From Candidatus Obscuribacterales bacterium (lineage in GTDB: Bacteria > Cyanobacteriota > Vampirovibrionia > Obscuribacterales > Obscuribacteraceae): 64,000 nucleotides of DNA. The first letter of the stretch is position 1, and each line of letters opens with the position of its first letter. Positions 60,215 to 64,000 of this stretch are shown one piece after another. Under the pieces are notes generated by a model. The model ran no database searches. It worked only from the letters and a program-made list of their open reading frames with translations, and was not told the origin of the DNA. The stretch is from assembly GCA_965228855.1 (NCBI GenBank), contig CBDDIJ010000003.1, positions 1,216,001-1,280,000 on the forward strand, given 5' to 3'. A program made the translations under genes and the position numbers.

Positions 60215-63058
60215 ATGATTGAGCTTGAACACGACGCAGAGAGAAGACCGGGCTCCGCTACAGGAGATTCGTCGACCGACAATTCGCAGACCGAAGGTTC
60301 TGAAGACTATTTTGCTGCTGATTGCGCTTCTCCGCAGGATGATAGACCGGATGTTAGTCTTCGCTCAATATTTTTTGATAAACACATTGAAGGCAAACCC
60401 CAGACCGATTCTCCTCAAGTATCAGCGCTTGGAGTTCTTATCGTAATGGGCGGAATTCTCGTACCCGCGCTCACTATCAGTGCCGCCCTCGCTGCGAACG
60501 CTTATAGCGTTTGTGGTGTTTTGTGGCGTCATTGGTTCGAGACGCTAGTACAGTTCGGATTGTTGGTGTCAGTGCCGGCCGGCATCGGTTTTGCCTGGTC
60601 TAAGATCAAAAACAATGATATGCGTCGAGTTCGTCTAATCGGATACGTGATCGGATTGTCGCTAGGCTCCGCACTTTTGACAGCGATAATCACGACTGCG
60701 TCGGTTGTAATGAAATTTCCAACATTGGATCATCAGGGAATCGATCACATTCCAGAAATGTCATATCTCGCTTGCGTATCATGGTTAGCGGTGCTTGCTG
60801 CATCATGTGTTGCTATCCAATTCCGAAGACATTGGCCCACTAAAGGTGCAAAGCGCTCGTCCTCCGTCTACGTTCTGATCGGGGCGGCGCTATCGCTTCT
60901 AGCGCTTGTTGGTTCCGAAGCCAGATCGGCATGTATTCGAATTGCCGAAAAGTTAGTTGTTGCAGGCACATCCGAACAGCAACAAAATGGACTGAATTTC
61001 TTGCGACAGATCGATTGCGAGCGAGACATCAAACTTGATTGCTCTACTGCGCGAGCCTTCGATTTGTCGGGAATGTTTTTGCGCCTGGATAACGAACAGA
61101 ATAAAAAGCTGTACTTCCTCTCTACTGGACAACCTTACCGCTTCGATTTGCTTGATAGAGCTGAATTTTCAGCTTTGCCGGATGAGATGTTGGGGCGAAA
61201 CGTCATTGGCGACAAAGTTGCAAACTTGAGCATGCACAGATCGTTGATTAGCGGCATGCTTCACCCTGAATCTTTGACTTCAACCATTGACTGGACCTTT
61301 GTATTCAAGAATGACGGAGCAGAAGCCAGAGAAGCGCGTGCCGAGATCGGGCTTCCGAAAGATGCGGTGATATCGGAGATGGTGCTCTGGATCAACGGCG
61401 TACCTAAACGTGCCACCATCGCCTCGGCTGAACGAGCGAAAGATGCCTATCAGTGGGTAGTCGGTGGGCGTCGAGATCCGGCGCTGGTTACTGATCTCGG
61501 GAAGGGGCGTGTTCTGGTTCAATGTTATCCGGTTGCCCCACACGCGGAAGTACGTATTAAAATTTCAATGAAGTCTTCAATGAAGCTCGATAAAGCGGGG
61601 GAAGCTGTGGCTAGCCTGCCGACTCTATTGAAGAGCAACTTTGAGGTCGAAGGTGATCATCGTGTTCATCTGCGAGCCGATCGAAAGCTGATGTTGGATT
61701 TAGATAATGTACGTCACGTTGTCGCAAATAATGGATTGCATCAAGTTTCAGGAACGCTTGCATCAGCCAAGCGATCCAGGGATTCGATAGACGTTCGCGT
61801 TCACCGTGATGCAAAAATTACTCCTGTAGCGATCAAGGACCCGCTTGACTCCAGGGGCTATATCGTCCAGCAGTACGTGCCAACGACATCTAATAAACCC
61901 GACCATCTGGTAGTCGTCGTCGATGGATCCTCCGCTATAGCTGCGCACAAGGATGAGATCGTTCGGCAGCTTTCAAAGATTCCGCACACTATTCCAACTT
62001 CCCTCATTGTGGCGTCCGAGCAGTATAAGGACGGCATGCAGTTTCACGAGATAGACGATGCAATCAAAGCGATGAAGCAAGTTAATTTCAAGGGCGGTCA
62101 GGAGAACCTCGGTGCGGTGATCAAAGGCGCTGAACTTGCCGGGGAAACTGAGGGTGGCGCGGTTCTATGGATTCACGGGCCACAACCTGCTTTAGATAAG
62201 GAGCTATATATCATTGCACCGTATCTGGTGAAACCGAAATTCTACGAATTGTCGATTGAAGACAGCGTTACTGATGTCAACGAATTCTTTAAAAATCACC
62301 AGGAAATCGGACCATTCACGGCAGTCGCGAGAAACAGCTCCTTCGAAAAGGATCTCGGACGGTTTCTCCGCAAGTGGCAAGCGGATGGTGTCGACTATAC
62401 GCTCAGATACGCGAGAACCTTTGATAAGCCTGGGGCCCTTGAATCATCGATATATGTTCAGGATGAAATCTCAAGACTGTATGTCGCACAGAGAGTGCGC
62501 GAACTCGTGAACAAAGGCAATCGATGGGATGCAGCTAACCTTGCAGTTTCGTACCAAGTGGTGACACCGGTTACCTCCGCGGTGGTTCTTGAAAATTCTT
62601 CTGACTACGCACGCTTTGGTTTGCACGAGCCCGCAGCAACTGATGGAAGTGATTCCATTCTTGCAAAGACCGCGCCCAAAGACGGTTTCCGTTCCTCTCG
62701 AATCAACACGGTTACTTCCGATTCAAGCGATAGACCTGCAGCTACCGCTAGCGGTGACATGATGAAAGGCTCCGATGCAAGCGCGCCGAGTCTGGTCGGG
62801 GCGACCATGGGAGGTCAGCTTGTATCGGCCTACACCGGGGATGGAACCACACTTCAGGGTGCGACAAATGGAACTATTGCTGCGCAGGGGGCAGATGCAA
62901 CAACGATCATGGGATTAAATACCGCAGGCACCGTGAGAGTTAACAACCTGGCCAACCTGGAAGCATTGCTAAATATCCTTGCGAATTGCTTGCAGGTGAG
63001 TGGTATCGGATTTGGTTTAGTCATATTGACACTTGCATTTATCAAACCGACTCGATGA
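60215..63058 (+). CDS. Multi-pass membrane protein with VIT and vWA-like domains; C-terminus apparently continues in another frame to 63195
   Basis: GGAGG RBS; TM region; EARAEIGLP..LWING..RRDPALV; VVVDGS; VTPVTSAVVLE. Confidence 0.85.
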   Translation: MIELEHDAERRPGSATGDSSTDNSQTEGSEDYFAADCASPQDDRPDVSLRSIFFDKHIEGKPQTDSPQVSALGVLIVMGGILVPALTISAALAANAYSVCGVLWRHWFETLVQFGLLVSVPAGIGFAWSKIKNNDMRRVRLIGYVIGLSLGSALLTAIITTASVVMKFPTLDHQGIDHIPEMSYLACVSWLAVLAASCVAIQFRRHWPTKGAKRSSSVYVLIGAALSLLALVGSEARSACIRIAEKLVVAGTSEQQQNGLNFLRQIDCERDIKLDCSTARAFDLSGMFLRLDNEQNKKLYFLSTGQPYRFDLLDRAEFSALPDEMLGRNVIGDKVANLSMHRSLISGMLHPESLTSTIDWTFVFKNDGAEAREARAEIGLPKDAVISEMVLWINGVPKRATIASAERAKDAYQWVVGGRRDPALVTDLGKGRVLVQCYPVAPHAEVRIKISMKSSMKLDKAGEAVASLPTLLKSNFEVEGDHRVHLRADRKLMLDLDNVRHVVANNGLHQVSGTLASAKRSRDSIDVRVHRDAKITPVAIKDPLDSRGYIVQQYVPTTSNKPDHLVVVVDGSSAIAAHKDEIVRQLSKIPHTIPTSLIVASEQYKDGMQFHEIDDAIKAMKQVNFKGGQENLGAVIKGAELAGETEGGAVLWIHGPQPALDKELYIIAPYLVKPKFYELSIEDSVTDVNEFFKNHQEIGPFTAVARNSSFEKDLGRFLRKWQADGVDYTLRYARTFDKPGALESSIYVQDEISRLYVAQRVRELVNKGNRWDAANLAVSYQVVTPVTSAVVLENSSDYARFGLHEPAATDGSDSILAKTAPKDGFRSSRINTVTSDSSDRPAATASGDMMKGSDASAPSLVGATMGGQLVSAYTGDGTTLQGATNGTIAAQGADATTIMGLNTAGTVRVNNLANLEALLNILANCLQVSGIGFGLVILTLAFIKPTR

Positions 63059-63195
63059 TGCCGTCTCTGGCTTTACGCCTATCACGCTCTTCACGCGTGA
63101 TATTGGGATTGTCGCTTCTCGCATTGGGTCTTGCTACACCTGGATTCCTGAATTACATGGTATCGAGCGCGCGTGATGCGAATCTGTTCAGCTAG
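63055..63195 (+). CDS. Frameshifted tail (or coupled 46-aa ORF) supplying the second helix of a pilin-like hairpin
   Basis: RVILGLSLLALGLATPGFLNYMVSSARDANLFS in the -1 frame; ATGA overlap with upstream stop. Confidence 0.65.
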   Translation: MMPSLALRLSRSSRVILGLSLLALGLATPGFLNYMVSSARDANLFS

Positions 63196-63295
63196 CGTTC
63201 GTCAATGACCGGTTGTTGTTCGTCAGGAGGAGGAGGTGATGCCATGACCGAACTCAATTAACTTCGAGTACTACAGAGAATCAATCAGCGACATG

Positions 63296-63321
63296 AGAAG
63301 GTGACCATCCGGTCACCTTCT
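63296..63321. terminator. Hairpin between convergent genes
   Basis: AGAAGGTGACC-atcc-GGTCACCTTCT, perfect 11-bp stem followed by T-rich bases. Confidence 0.65.
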
Positions 63322-63356
63322 TGATTATTGTATTGCGACTGCGAATTAACGAACGG

Positions 63357-63566
63357 CTACCCACTTTTCTTTTCATGCAAATCTATCATCGCGTCAATTT
63401 CTTCATTGACGCAAATGTGGCATGTCCAGAAACGATTCATGACGGCCCATATGCCGCAGTCTTTTTTATCACAGGTGACGCGATGACATTTGAAACACTC
63501 GCGTCGAGTGGTGGCGTGAAGCTCTTCAAGGCATCGCATGCAATATTTGACTTGATCCGGTTCCAT
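63357..63566 (-). CDS. 69-aa eight-Cys zinc-finger protein, probably leaderless
   Basis: CxxC..CxxC..Cx4C..WxCxxC; TATAAT 6 nt before ATG. Confidence 0.7.
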   Translation of the reverse strand: MEPDQVKYCMRCLEELHATTRRECFKCHRVTCDKKDCGIWAVMNRFWTCHICVNEEIDAMIDLHEKKSG

Positions 63567-63869
63567 TGCTCGATTATAGCCGGTCCAACGATGTCGCGCG
63601 AGCACCGCCTGCAGGCGCACCGGAAACGGTGGCACTCTCACAATGCCAGGAAGCGATTCTGAACCTCAATACATTTATATAGCGCATGTTGGCCACTCTG
63701 CGCTCAATGGAGTGCAGTCGGTAAACGCAAGTTCTGTCTGTGTTTCCGAAGCTCAATGGAAGATATCGGGAACCTATGGTATGCCTTCCGCGTCATTTTT
63801 TGCATACAAGCTGCAGCGAATCGCGTGAAACATTACATGAGTTCTTATGAGGAGAACCGGGAGTACACT

Positions 63870-64000
63870 ATGAAAAGGACAGCACTTTTATCGAGTCTTG
63901 TAGCAATTGGTTTGACTGCCATAAGCCTGCAGCCAGCTTCGGCGGAGAGCTTCAAAGATTTCCAACGGAGAATGCTCGGCTTTCAGGGCGGCTCTGCTGG
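63870..64000 (+). CDS. Partial secreted protein (runs off right edge)
   Basis: GGAG RBS; MKRTALLSSLVAIGLTAISLQPASA signal peptide. Confidence 0.75.
   Translation, partial: MKRTALLSSLVAIGLTAISLQPASAESFKDFQRRMLGFQGGSA

Noticed and set aside
1..64000. CRISPR arrays, IS elements, integrases, prophage, rRNA, and the many short overlapping ORFs in the track
   Set aside because: No repeat-spacer periodicity or hallmark motifs seen; the short ORFs lie inside or antisense to well-supported genes.

Overview
Gene-dense bacterial chromosomal window with no rRNA, intact tRNA, CRISPR array, transposase or prophage that I can recognise. Its protein families suggest a non-photosynthetic cyanobacterial relative such as Vampirovibrionia/Obscuribacterales (inference only): Hanks kinases with GEVxGSPxYMSPEQC, orphan Tad pilin clusters, CpaC N-domain/TPR proteins and many secreted hypotheticals. 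Content, left to right: TadE/TadE/TadG-like pilin cluster; CPA1 Na+/H+ antiporter; TolC-RND-MFP efflux operon; zincin-VHL fusion; REC-Ser/Thr kinase plus hybrid His kinase; a secreted triple-repeat protein; SulP transporter; rsgA with a leader ORF; a complete sulfide/persulfide cluster (CoADR-rhodanese, ArsR, rhodanese-DUF2892, TauE, PDO-rhodanese, type II SQR) with a shared operator-like box; a thaumatin-like protein; a DUF3142 gene pair; two-component genes; a methyltransferase with an ATA start; a Hpt-REC-REC-GGDEF protein; a membrane Ser/Thr kinase; and a VIT membrane protein whose frameshifted tail looks like a VirB2/TrbC pilin. The most intriguing items are the pilin-tailed VIT protein, the rsgA leader/inverted-repeat control region, the sulfide regulon, the zincin-VHL fusion and the triple-repeat protein. 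All family calls come from reading motifs by eye, not from database searches.
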